Below, in pieces: positions 27,736 to 36,839 of a stretch of 64,000 nt of DNA. The stretch's first letter is position 1; each line of letters begins with the position of its first letter. The position numbers and the translations under genes were made by a program. Source of the stretch: Oscillospiraceae bacterium. GTDB lineage: Bacteria > Bacillota > Clostridia > Oscillospirales > Oscillospiraceae. Below the pieces are notes generated by a model. The model saw only the letters and a program-made list of their open reading frames with translations, ran no database searches and was not told where the DNA came from. The stretch spans positions 1,783 to 65,782 of the forward strand of contig JAZOBQ010000016.1 of assembly GCA_045596005.1 (NCBI GenBank). The letters are read 5' to 3'.

Positions 27736-28270
27736 GGTTTATGTACTCCTTCCAGTAGGCGTCGTTGAAAGAGGCGAGCTTGTCCAGCGCGCGGGACAGC
27801 AGAACGCGGGCGTTTCCGGGACTGATGCCGAGCTTCTTGGCGATTTCGTCACTGGAGCGATTCTCAAAATAGCGCATCATGACGATCTGCTGCTGGCGTT
27901 CGGGCAGCTGCTTAATGGCCATCATAAGGGCGCTGTGAAGCTGTTCAAGATAAATGCCCTCGTCCATATCTATGCTCTGGTCGCGCATGGTATCGGAGAC
28001 CGACTCAAAATCAACATAGGAGACATGGTCGCGGTAATAGTTCTTGAGGCGGCTGTTGACGATGAGATAAAGCCATGTCGTCAAAGAGCTTTTTTCGGGG
28101 TCGTAGTCATCATAGTGGCTGTAGCAATATATAAAGACTTCGCTCGTGAGGTCTTCGGCATCAGCATAGTTGGAGATCCTTTTATGAACATAGCCGAGAA
28201 CACGGTCAAAATTGGCGCTGTAAAAATCCTCGTATGCGGGTTTTTCATTTTTCGGCAAAAGTTTCAGCAT
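27728..28270 (-). CDS. ECF-like (two-domain) sigma-70 family RNA polymerase sigma factor
   Basis: ORF 27728..28408 trimmed to ATG 28270 (MLKLLPKNEK). Region 2: 'DAEDLTSEVFIYCYSHYDDYDPEKSSLTTWLYLIVNSRLKNYYRD'. Region 4: 'LPERQQQIVMMRYFENRSSDEIAKKLGISPGNARVLLSRALDKL'. It is the first gene of the minus-strand arm. Confidence 0.85.
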   Translation of the reverse strand: MLKLLPKNEKPAYEDFYSANFDRVLGYVHKRISNYADAEDLTSEVFIYCYSHYDDYDPEKSSLTTWLYLIVNSRLKNYYRDHVSYVDFESVSDTMRDQSIDMDEGIYLEQLHSALMMAIKQLPERQQQIVMMRYFENRSSDEIAKKLGISPGNARVLLSRALDKLASFNDAYWKEYINHG

Positions 28271-28286
28271 TTTTTTCACCCCAAAG

Positions 28287-28315
28287 TGTAACGTTTCGTT
28301 TTCTGCTGTGTAATA
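28287..28315 (+). promoter_or_regulatory. island promoter motif copy C (TGTAAC-N15-GTGTAATA)
   Basis: The plus strand reads TGTAAC GTTTCGTTTTCTGCT GTGTAATA. It lies 46 nt upstream of ATG 28361 and is divergent from the sigma gene. Confidence 0.5.
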
Positions 28316-28360
28316 AGAGACAGAATCATAATATTGACTTGGGAAAGGATGCGAAAAATT

Positions 28361-28555
28361 ATGGCAAGGAACATTGAAAAGCTGCTTCGTCTGGTCGCGG
28401 ATTATCACGAATTCTGCGGCGATGCCGAGGTGAAGCGCGGCGCGAGAGAGCTGGACGAACTCAGCCTTGAAGAACTCGATTTCATCGCTGCTGCCGGCAT
28501 GCTCCCCTTAAAGGAAGACGAAAAAGACGACGAAAACAAAAAGACGGTTTTCTGA
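28361..28555 (+). CDS. 64-aa peptide with double-glycine-type leader signature and a short acidic tail
   Basis: ORF track 28334..28555 uses a TTG start. ATG 28361, with GGAAAGGA about 11 nt upstream, is preferred. Product: MARNIEKLLRLVADYHEFCGDAEVKRGARELDELSLEELDFIAAAGMLPLKEDEKDDENKKTVF. 'DELSLEELDFIAAAG' parallels 'DELSEEDLDDVSGG' of P3. Confidence 0.5.
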   Translation: MARNIEKLLRLVADYHEFCGDAEVKRGARELDELSLEELDFIAAAGMLPLKEDEKDDENKKTVF

Positions 28556-28901
28556 TTTTTGTAAAAAACTGGATATGCTCACGAACAGTTAATAATTATA
28601 ATCATATTAGCACAAAAAGGTACCCAATGCAACAAATCCCTTGGTGTTTTCTACAAATAAGGGCAGCGGAAGAAGGCAGTCTTACACCGGCATTTTTCCG
28701 GAGCTGAAGGGTATGACGGCAGATAAAATCAAGACTTAGAACATGATATACGGCACACTTTCAAGCAGATGATTTCCGGAAGGAAGTCACCTGCGTGTTT
28801 CCGTTTCCGGAGAAAGCGGCTTTTACGGGGAATACCGGGGCTGAGAGGATTCGGTAGGGAAGGACGCAGCCAAACAGCGTCTAAAAGGAGATGATATTCA
28901 T

Positions 28902-30275
28902 ATGCTGGAGATAAACTCCCTTGTCATGGAACACTACAAAATACTGGGTGTGGCCGGAAAGGGCGGAATGGGACGGGTATACCACGCGCTTGACATACGC
29001 GATGGAAGCCATTGGGCGATAAAGGAAGACCTTGATGCTGCCGGAGGCGATTTTCTGCGCGAAGAGGCGGAGCTTCTGGCGCAGCTATCTCATCCTGCTC
29101 TGCCTGTCAGCCGTGGGATTTGCAGCTGGCAGGGAACACAGTACATGACCATGCAGTTTATGTCGGGAGAAACTCTTGCGGGAATGTTGAAAAAGCAGGA
29201 AAAGTATCCGGAAACCCAGGTGCTGGACTGGTTTTTGCAAATATGCGACGTTCTGAAATATCTCCACAGCCGACCGAAACCTGTTGTCTACCGCGATCTC
29301 AAGCCGTCGAATATAATAATCGATGAAGAGAAACGGATAAGGATAATTGACTTCGGAATAGCCGAGGAATATACAAGACAAGACGGCGGGGAACAGATGC
29401 AAAAAGGCGGACTCACAAAAGGTTTCGCTGCGCCGGAGCAGTATAACCGCCGCTTCAAAGCCGATGTGCGTACCGACATCTACGCCCTTGGAGTAACGGT
29501 TCACTATTTGCTGACGGGCAAAAATCCCACAAAACCGCCGTATGAATTTCTCCCGGTCAGAAAGCTTGTGCCGGATGTCTCGCCGGCTATGGAGGAGATA
29601 GTTAAAAAATGCCTTCAGCCAAACCCGGATATGCGCTATGCCGGTGCGGACGAGCTGTATGACGAGCTGAAGAATATCGACAAAACCAACCGTCGGATGC
29701 GCAGAAAAAAAAGCATGCGAATCATAGCCGCGCTTGCAGTTATCGCCATTGTCGCGGCTGCGGTGTTCATTTTGGAGAGCAAGCTTGAAAGCGGCAGACA
29801 AAAGGAGATCGACGAGTATTATTCGCTTGTCGAGGCTTCGGAAGTCGCGGCTTTGAATGAGGATTTTATTCTTGCAGCGGAGAAAGCCGAAAAGGCGATA
29901 GCCATGCAGCCGAATGAGATCAGTGCCTATCTCGCGGCGGCGAACTGCCTCGTGCAGCAGGGAGATTTCGAAGCGTGCCGAAAATACGTGAGTGCGGAAA
30001 TTCTTGACCGTTTTCCCGAATGCTACGAAAACGAGGACTTCCTCGAGCTGATGGCACGGATGTATGACAGAAGCGGAGATGCAGAGAATGCGCTGTATTA
30101 TTATCTGAGCTTGTGTGAGATTAACGGCGCAAGAGCCGATCACTGGCTGGCACTGGCGGACTGCCAGATAAGACTCGGGAAAAACGAAGACGCGAAGACC
30201 AGCTTGAATAATTACCTGAACGCGGGAGGAGACGAGACCGTGTATCGGGAGCTGTCGGCCGGACTCGCCGGATAA
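28902..30275 (+). CDS. Hanks-type Ser/Thr protein kinase, membrane-anchored, extracellular TPR-like domain
   Basis: 457 aa. Contains 'GKGGMGRVY', 'AIKE', 'VVYRDLKPSNIII', 'DFGIAEE' and 'GFAAPEQ'. TM segment 'IIAALAVIAIVAAAVFIL' is followed by a helical repeat region. Confidence 0.9.
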   Translation: MLEINSLVMEHYKILGVAGKGGMGRVYHALDIRDGSHWAIKEDLDAAGGDFLREEAELLAQLSHPALPVSRGICSWQGTQYMTMQFMSGETLAGMLKKQEKYPETQVLDWFLQICDVLKYLHSRPKPVVYRDLKPSNIIIDEEKRIRIIDFGIAEEYTRQDGGEQMQKGGLTKGFAAPEQYNRRFKADVRTDIYALGVTVHYLLTGKNPTKPPYEFLPVRKLVPDVSPAMEEIVKKCLQPNPDMRYAGADELYDELKNIDKTNRRMRRKKSMRIIAALAVIAIVAAAVFILESKLESGRQKEIDEYYSLVEASEVAALNEDFILAAEKAEKAIAMQPNEISAYLAAANCLVQQGDFEACRKYVSAEILDRFPECYENEDFLELMARMYDRSGDAENALYYYLSLCEINGARADHWLALADCQIRLGKNEDAKTSLNNYLNAGGDETVYRELSAGLAG

Positions 30276-30318
30276 AACGGCGGGACGCCGATGCAGATAG
30301 GAAAGAAGGAGGCTAACC

Positions 30319-31764
30319 ATGAAACTGACGAAGGCTATGCTTGCCCTCACGCTGCTGATTGCGCTGATAATGGCCGCGGCCGGGGTTGCTGCGATGTCAG
30401 CTCCGGATACGAACACAGCGGAGGAAATAGATTCTAAACATTATGTAAACCAGGGCGACTATTACTATGAGGAAGGCGAGTACCTCATGGCGCTCGCTTG
30501 CTACAACAGTGCGCTGGCGATAAATGAAACCGATATAGCTGCTCTGCACGGAGCGGCAAAGAGCAACAACGCGCTGGAGTATCTGGACGACGCTCTGGAA
30601 TGCTATGATAAACTTGTGGGGCTTGCCCCGGACGTTGCCGAGATACGGCTCGAACGGGTGAATACCCTTCTCATATCCGGCAGACTCGATGAGGCGAAAA
30701 ACGCTCTGGAGGAGGCTATGAGCGTCTTCGACGATGAGAAAATGGAACAGCTTTACCGCCAGATGGTTGTGGAGTCTCCGGAGGTGGGTCTCAAGCCGGG
30801 CACATATGACAGCTATCAGCTTCTCCACATGAGCACGGATAGTCCCAACGCGCTTATTTACTATACCACCGACGGGAGCGAACCTAACCTCGGTTCGGAC
30901 ATCTGTGTGGACGGAGTGGTTATCAGTGCGCCGGAAACTTTGCTCAAGGTCAAATGCATCAACTACCTTGGCTATGAAAGCGAGACTGTGGAGCTGAGCT
31001 ACACGGTCACGGTGCCGGTGGAGGAAGTGTTCAAGAACGATGAATCCGCGTTCGCGCTGGCAGTAAGGACCCTCATGGGACGCAGCGAGCGACAGGCCAT
31101 ATATAACTATGAGCTGGCACAAATCCGCGAGCTTTACATAGTAGGAAAGGGCCGTTACAGCGACATCGAGGATGCAACGTTCCGCAACGATATGTACAGC
31201 TCAAGCTCTTATCTGAACCACTTTACGGATAGAGGCAGCTGTGACCTTGACTATCTCAGGTACACACCTTTCCTTGAAACGCTGGGCGTATGCTGGCAAA
31301 AGGGAGTAGATCTCGAACCGATCACCGAACTTGAGTATCTGAAAAATCTTTCTCTGCTGAATAACGGTATCACCGACATCTCGGCTCTTGCGGAAATAGA
31401 CTCGCTCGAAAAGCTCGCACTTGGTTGGAACAAGATAAGCGACGTCGAGCCTTTGCGCAACATGACAAATCTTGTTTCCCTGGGACTTTGGAACAACAAT
31501 ATCAGCAGTATCGACGCACTGTCCGGTCTTAATAAACTTCAGTATCTGGATGTAAGCTATAATAAGCTGACAAATGTTGACGCCGCGGCGCAGCTTGGCG
31601 AGCTTAAGGAATTCTGGGCGGCCAACAATATGCTCACAAACATAGATGCCCTTGATCCGGACGGCGTACTGCGCATCCTGATGATATCCGGCAATTCGCT
31701 GGAAGGATATCGGGAGTGGAGAGAAACTCATCCGGATCTGGTTCGAAGCGATTACGTGGAATAA
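30319..31764 (+). CDS. membrane-anchored TPR / Fn3-associated-like / internalin-type LRR protein
   Basis: 481 aa. N-terminal anchor 'AMLALTLLIALIMAAAGVAA' and TPR-like helices. 'IYYTTDGSEPNLGS' resembles the chitobiase C-terminal-like motif. About 6 repeats of 22 aa follow ('LKNLSLLNNGITDISALAEIDS'). Confidence 0.8.
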   Translation: MKLTKAMLALTLLIALIMAAAGVAAMSAPDTNTAEEIDSKHYVNQGDYYYEEGEYLMALACYNSALAINETDIAALHGAAKSNNALEYLDDALECYDKLVGLAPDVAEIRLERVNTLLISGRLDEAKNALEEAMSVFDDEKMEQLYRQMVVESPEVGLKPGTYDSYQLLHMSTDSPNALIYYTTDGSEPNLGSDICVDGVVISAPETLLKVKCINYLGYESETVELSYTVTVPVEEVFKNDESAFALAVRTLMGRSERQAIYNYELAQIRELYIVGKGRYSDIEDATFRNDMYSSSSYLNHFTDRGSCDLDYLRYTPFLETLGVCWQKGVDLEPITELEYLKNLSLLNNGITDISALAEIDSLEKLALGWNKISDVEPLRNMTNLVSLGLWNNNISSIDALSGLNKLQYLDVSYNKLTNVDAAAQLGELKEFWAANNMLTNIDALDPDGVLRILMISGNSLEGYREWRETHPDLVRSDYVE

Positions 31765-31782
31765 ATGTACGGGAGGATAGCT

Positions 31783-33870
31783 ATGGATTTTAATATGCAA
31801 ACTATATTGCCGATCGCTGTCGCTGCCGACTGCATTATTCTGCTTATACTTGCCGCAGCCAGAAAATGCACCAAAAAGACCTTTTTTGTGATTGCTTTGA
31901 TCACGGCCTTGTGCTGCGGAGCATTTGCCTTTGTCACCAAAGACGAGGAGGCCCAGACCAGAAGCGAGACGGAGATAAAGGGACACATCTATATGGCTTC
32001 TCAGCTGCTGGAGCAGTTTTGTCCCGATGAGGCTCTCGTCGCTTTGGGACAGATAAGCGAGGCAGAGGGCGAAAATTACGGAGTAAACGGACTGCGTGCT
32101 CTGGCTTACAATCATTGCGGAGCATATTCCGCGGGCGCTTACCTGACGAATGATGCGGCGGAAGAGGAACTTCTGGCGCTGCACTCAGCCTGCGTCAAAA
32201 AAGAGCGCTGCGATGAGGAGATTGCGGGCAGGATCATACTGAACAGCATGGAGCTTCTGGCGCTTTCGGGTCAGGAAATGGCACGCTATGACGCTGAAAT
32301 AGAGCTGCGATACGGTATGGTGACGATGGCTGACGACAGCAGCGACCCAGTGCTGCAGATAAAAGCCGCGCTTTTCAATGAGGAATACGACAAAGCATAT
32401 CAGCTTACTGAGGCTCTGGCTGCGGAAGGCACTCTCGCGGACGATATCCTCATGGCGGAGATGTATGTCAAGGATTTCGGCAAGAGGACTCTGGCCGAGG
32501 GCGACCGGGCGTTCGACGAACTGCTCACGAAGGCAACGGATTTGCAGATCAGACTTAACAGGATCGCTGCTGAGAACGGTGTGGACAGTCAGGAATACGA
32601 AAACTGCCGCGCGGACTACGCTCTGGCTTTGATCGAACTCGACGCGGAAAGCTCCAAACGAGCAATAAACTATCTTGAACTGTGCTACAGCGAAGGCACG
32701 GTTTATGAACTTGCTTATCACCTGCAGATGGCAAGGCTGTATTTTGGTGCAGGAGACAGAACCGAAGCGGCAAAGCAGCTCTACGCAGTGTTCGCAGAAA
32801 AAAATCTGGACAAGAACCAGTGGCTTGCTGTAGAAGTTGAGGTTTTGCGAGATGCCTTCCTCAACGGAACGGACAATATGGAAAACCCGGAATTTGACAA
32901 TCTTTATGAGAAACTTCTGGCCTGCCTATACAGAGAGGTATTCAAATACCAGGACACAGATACGCAGTTTCGTGCATTCCTGAGCGAATATCTGAAGGAT
33001 ATCTTCAGTGGTATTTACATAGGCCGTCCCGATGTAACCGAATTCCCGACTGTAAAGGTGTCCATATCCACAAGCTTTGACTATGAGCTCACACCGGAGA
33101 ATATGATACTGACCGATACTCAGTGCGAGATCTCCGAGTTCAGCGCGGTGGAGAATGACGACGCGCTGATGTCCATCTGCTTCGTTCTGGACAGAAGCGG
33201 CAGTATGATGGGCTCATATCTGGCAAGTGCCAAGCAGGCGATCAAGGGTTTTGCCACGAATATTGACGGCAGTACGCTTGCGGCGCTGGTGTCGTTCGAC
33301 CATGAAGCGCGCGTGGATTGTCCGATAGTCGACTCGGCATATATGGTGGCAGCACAGGTGGATAAGATCGAAGCCACCGGAGGCACAAGCATAGCCGCCG
33401 GATTGATGTGCGCCGCGGACGAGCTCGCCAATGCCAAAGGCAGAAAGGTCATCATACTTCTTTCCGACGGTGTGGACGGCAGTCCCGAGCTGCTAAACAG
33501 AGCTTTGTCTCAGCTTCAGATGGAAGGAATAGTTGTCTACTCGATCGGTTTGCCCGGATGTGATGAGAATTATCTTTTCAAAATCGCGGAGGATACCGAG
33601 GGTACCTACTTCCCCGCGAACAGCGTAGCTGACCTGAGTTCGATTTATACCGAGATCAGAGGCTCACTCAGGAATTCCTTCACCCTCACCTATGAAGCGA
33701 ACGATGACGGACAGACGGAAAGAAGTATCTGGGTCGAGGCAGTGGATTCCATGGCGCAGTCCAGAAGAAAGTACACAAGCGATGTGTCCAAAGCGCAATA
33801 CAGCTATATCAACGACGTGCAGATATCTGATTTCTTCAAACAGATCGGCGGCACTTTGGGAGGTGAATGA
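31783..33870 (+). CDS. membrane-anchored von Willebrand factor A (vWA) domain protein
   Basis: ORF 31765..33870 trimmed to ATG 31783 (GGGAGG RBS; MDFNMQ). One TM segment, a long helical region, then vWA with the MIDAS motif 'FVLDRSGSM', 'GGTSIAAGL' and 'ILLSDGVDG'. Confidence 0.85.
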   Translation: MDFNMQTILPIAVAADCIILLILAAARKCTKKTFFVIALITALCCGAFAFVTKDEEAQTRSETEIKGHIYMASQLLEQFCPDEALVALGQISEAEGENYGVNGLRALAYNHCGAYSAGAYLTNDAAEEELLALHSACVKKERCDEEIAGRIILNSMELLALSGQEMARYDAEIELRYGMVTMADDSSDPVLQIKAALFNEEYDKAYQLTEALAAEGTLADDILMAEMYVKDFGKRTLAEGDRAFDELLTKATDLQIRLNRIAAENGVDSQEYENCRADYALALIELDAESSKRAINYLELCYSEGTVYELAYHLQMARLYFGAGDRTEAAKQLYAVFAEKNLDKNQWLAVEVEVLRDAFLNGTDNMENPEFDNLYEKLLACLYREVFKYQDTDTQFRAFLSEYLKDIFSGIYIGRPDVTEFPTVKVSISTSFDYELTPENMILTDTQCEISEFSAVENDDALMSICFVLDRSGSMMGSYLASAKQAIKGFATNIDGSTLAALVSFDHEARVDCPIVDSAYMVAAQVDKIEATGGTSIAAGLMCAADELANAKGRKVIILLSDGVDGSPELLNRALSQLQMEGIVVYSIGLPGCDENYLFKIAEDTEGTYFPANSVADLSSIYTEIRGSLRNSFTLTYEANDDGQTERSIWVEAVDSMAQSRRKYTSDVSKAQYSYINDVQISDFFKQIGGTLGGE

Positions 33871-33871
33871 G

Positions 33872-34444
33872 ATGAGTAAGTTTTTGCGGTTTATCACCAC
33901 TCTTACGGTGGGATTCGGTTTGCTGCTGCTGTATGCATATCTCGTTTATCAAAACAGCGTGGACAAGATGGAGCTGCTGAGACAGCCAAGTTACTATACA
34001 CTTGAAAACTACTGGTACCTGCTTGTCGCGGGATGCGGCTGTGTAGGATTTGCGATAATAAGCTGTTTTTGTGCGTGGAACAAGAAGCTTGATAAGAAGA
34101 TAGTTGTGCTGCCCAATGCTGTCGCGGCGGAAAACGAAGAGCTTCTCGACTGGCTGACGGGCTCGTCTCTCGACACTGCGCGAAACGCAAAACGCAGCGA
34201 GACCTCAGCTGATATTAAGTCGGCAGAGAGCAGCGGGCGAAAGGCGGAGGAAAACTCTCCGATTTCGAAAAAGAGCGCCGCAGTGCACGGCGATACTGAA
34301 CTAAGCTCAATGGATTGCGGCACGGTTTATGAAAACGATGCGGAGGGCACTGTGCTTACTCAGCTCGATGATGGCCTTACCGTGCTTTCGGACGAGGGCG
34401 AGACTGTGTTCGATAAAGACGACACGGTCCTGCGTTCGGAATAA
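33872..34444 (+). CDS. two-TM membrane protein with acidic tail carrying five Thr-Val motifs
   Basis: ORF 33692..34444 trimmed to ATG 33872 (GGAGG 8 nt upstream; one nt after the vWA stop). TM segments are 'FITTLTVGFGLLLLYAYLVY' and 'YLLVAGCGCVGFAIISCFCAW'. Tail: 'GTVYENDAEGTVLTQLDDGLTVLSDEGETVFDKDDTVLRSE'. Confidence 0.7.
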   Translation: MSKFLRFITTLTVGFGLLLLYAYLVYQNSVDKMELLRQPSYYTLENYWYLLVAGCGCVGFAIISCFCAWNKKLDKKIVVLPNAVAAENEELLDWLTGSSLDTARNAKRSETSADIKSAESSGRKAEENSPISKKSAAVHGDTELSSMDCGTVYENDAEGTVLTQLDDGLTVLSDEGETVFDKDDTVLRSE

Positions 34445-34459
34445 AAGGGGGTGCAGCAA

Positions 34460-36016
34460 ATGAAAACGAAAGCCTTGCTTTTTGTAATACTGATGCTTGC
34501 ACTCGCTGCAATGCTCACGGCCTGCGCCGCACCTGAAGCGGATAACATTACAGAGCTGCCTGCGGCAGCCGAGGATGTCAGCGGCATAGTGGCAGAAGCG
34601 GACGCACTTTTCGAAGAAGGAAAGTTTTCCGAGAGTATGGAACGCTATCTCGAAGCTATGGAGAAAAACATCAGAGACGTAGATGCGCGTCTGGGCGTTG
34701 CGAAGTGCCAGGTGGAGATGGAAAACTACGCCGTTGCCATTGTCAACATTTCGATGATACGCGAGCTGGCACCGGACAGAATTGAAATATGCGACCTGTA
34801 TCTGCGTATGGCCGAGAAAAGCGGAGAGAGCCGATATGCCAGAACGGCGGTGGAGATAGCCGAAGAATACGGCCACGACACCATTATGGAGAAAATACCG
34901 GTCGCGCCGAGTTTCTCGCATGAGGCAGGAGCTTACTCCGAGCGCATTGTGATGGAAATAAGCCATCCTGACCCCGATGCAAAGATTTATCTCACACTGC
35001 ATAACGATACAAACAGCTACTTTTATTTTTACGATACAGTTTATCATTATCCGATAAAGCTTGTCCGCGGATTGAATACGGTCGAGGCATACGTAGTCAA
35101 AAACGGCATCCCAAGCGAGATGGCTGTAGTAGAATACAACATAGATTATCCCTGCGAGGAAGTCAGCTTCGCAGAGCCGCTTATCGAAAAGATCGCTCGC
35201 AACATACTCGGAAAATACGACGGGCCTATCACGAATTATGATTGCGAGGAAATGGATCATCTCGACTGGTATTCTCTGATGGACGAGAATATGAACTATA
35301 ACAAGCTAATGAGCATGAGGGTAGATACTATCGAAGACCTTCAGTATTTTCCGGTGATCACTTATCTTAACCTGCAGTATCAGGACAAGGTGAAGGATTT
35401 CTCTCCGTTGACTTATTGCCCGATGCTCTATCAGATAGAACTAAACGGCTGCAGATTCACAAACACAGATATTATCCGTTATGTTCCCTATGCGGTGTAT
35501 ATCGGTCTGAATGACAATGAACTGACGGATATATCCGCACTTTTGGAGAGAAACGACATTTGGGGACTGTCGGTTCAGCGAAACAAGAACCTTGTGGTGG
35601 ACGAGATCGTCAGGAACAATAAGGAGCTTTACTATCTCGATATTGACGATACACAGCTCGAGGATTACAGCGTGCTTACTGAGCTTGAGCAGCTTGAGCG
35701 GCTTCAGATCTACGGTGTAAGCAACATAGACTATGAAGTTTTGGGAGAACTGACAAGTCTTGTTGACCTCGATATTTCCTATAATTACGAACGCTTTGAT
35801 TACAGAAACAGCATAGACGATCTGTCCTTCCTGCCGAAACTGCAGAAGCTCGAATTTCTGTATCTGAACGGCGTAAACGATCCTGCGGATCTTGATTACA
35901 TTGCTCAGCTCCCCAATCTAACGAACCTTTATTTGTATGAATGCGATGCAACAGAAGATCAGGAAGCGATGGAGGCACTGAAGATGGCGCTGCCCAACTG
36001 TTCCATATACTATTGA
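34460..36016 (+). CDS. lipoprotein, TPR / Fn3-associated-like / internalin-type LRR (paralog of 30319..31764)
   Basis: The ORF track start 34451 is GTG. ATG 34460, with AGGGGG upstream, is preferred (MKTKALLFVILMLALAAMLTAC, lipobox LTAC). It has the same three-part architecture as 30319..31764. Confidence 0.8.
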   Translation: MKTKALLFVILMLALAAMLTACAAPEADNITELPAAAEDVSGIVAEADALFEEGKFSESMERYLEAMEKNIRDVDARLGVAKCQVEMENYAVAIVNISMIRELAPDRIEICDLYLRMAEKSGESRYARTAVEIAEEYGHDTIMEKIPVAPSFSHEAGAYSERIVMEISHPDPDAKIYLTLHNDTNSYFYFYDTVYHYPIKLVRGLNTVEAYVVKNGIPSEMAVVEYNIDYPCEEVSFAEPLIEKIARNILGKYDGPITNYDCEEMDHLDWYSLMDENMNYNKLMSMRVDTIEDLQYFPVITYLNLQYQDKVKDFSPLTYCPMLYQIELNGCRFTNTDIIRYVPYAVYIGLNDNELTDISALLERNDIWGLSVQRNKNLVVDEIVRNNKELYYLDIDDTQLEDYSVLTELEQLERLQIYGVSNIDYEVLGELTSLVDLDISYNYERFDYRNSIDDLSFLPKLQKLEFLYLNGVNDPADLDYIAQLPNLTNLYLYECDATEDQEAMEALKMALPNCSIYY

Positions 36017-36036
36017 CGGGGTGAATCTCTCAGAAT

Positions 36037-36795
36037 ATGAAATTCATGATCGAAGCCGCCTGTGCCTGCAGTACGGGCAAGGTGCGAAAAAACAACGAGG
36101 ATAATTTCTTTTTCGACGGAAGGTGCCTTGAGGAGGAAAATTCCGGTCTGAAGCATCCGGTGTATATGGAGCAGATCATCCGGCACGGAAGCTGTTTCGC
36201 CGTTTTCGACGGTATGGGCGGTGAGAATTTCGGAGAGCTGGCGTCCTACACCGCGGCGAGGGAAATGCAAAGCTGCGAGCGCGTTTTGTCCGATTTCTTT
36301 ATCCCGGAGCGCAGATATCTCATCCGTATGACTGAGCAGCTCAACCGCAGCGTGCTTGAAGCGGCGAGAGAAAAATGCACAGACCGAATGGGTACGACCA
36401 TGGCGGCACTTTATTTTAATCCGCGCTATGTTTATTCCTGCAATCTGGGTGATAGCAGAGCCTACCGTCTGCGCGACGGAGAATTCATGCAGTTGTCCCG
36501 TGACCATGCGGACTCGATGTATAACGGCGGACGCAAAGCTCCGCTGACACAGTTTCTCGGAATGGACTCCGAGGAGAGACTGATAGAGCCGTATATCGCA
36601 AAGGGAGAACTCGCGCGGGGAGATATGTACCTTCTGTGCAGCGACGGTCTGAGTGATATGGTGACAAACTTTGAAATATCTGATATTATGATCAAAAGCG
36701 ATGATGTGGAGTCGTGTGCCGCACAGCTTGTGGAAGCAGCGCTTGAGCGCGGCGGAATTGACAACACGACCGTTATTGTGTGCAGAATAGTGTAA
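36037..36795 (+). CDS. PP2C-family Ser/Thr phosphatase
   Basis: 252 aa. Contains 'STGKVRKNNEDNFF', 'AVFDGMGGENFGELAS' and 'LLCSDGLSDMV'. Confidence 0.85.
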   Translation: MKFMIEAACACSTGKVRKNNEDNFFFDGRCLEEENSGLKHPVYMEQIIRHGSCFAVFDGMGGENFGELASYTAAREMQSCERVLSDFFIPERRYLIRMTEQLNRSVLEAAREKCTDRMGTTMAALYFNPRYVYSCNLGDSRAYRLRDGEFMQLSRDHADSMYNGGRKAPLTQFLGMDSEERLIEPYIAKGELARGDMYLLCSDGLSDMVTNFEISDIMIKSDDVESCAAQLVEAALERGGIDNTTVIVCRIV

Positions 36796-36839
36796 AACAC
36801 AGCCAAATTTCATCCATTAATTTGAGAGAGGGTGTTCGC

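Noticed and set aside
28271-28345. Candidate sigma-A promoter for the sigma-factor gene (TTTCGC-N17-TATTAT on the minus strand)
   Set aside because: Only 3 of 6 bases match at -35, and there is no support from other evidence. The sigma gene's own promoter remains unidentified.
28627-28707. 26-aa ORF MQQIPWCFLQIRAAEEGSLTPAFFRS in the 345-nt gap
   Set aside because: The RBS is weak (AAGG), there is no leader-like or hydrophobic feature, and it has no relation to the other island peptides. Such a short ORF cannot be distinguished from chance.
29085-30416. 443-aa (29085..30416) and 580-aa (37095..38837) minus-strand ORFs
   Set aside because: They are antisense to the two Hanks kinase genes, whose catalytic motifs are unambiguous on the plus strand. 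The products are Arg/Phe/Ile-rich with no recognisable features.
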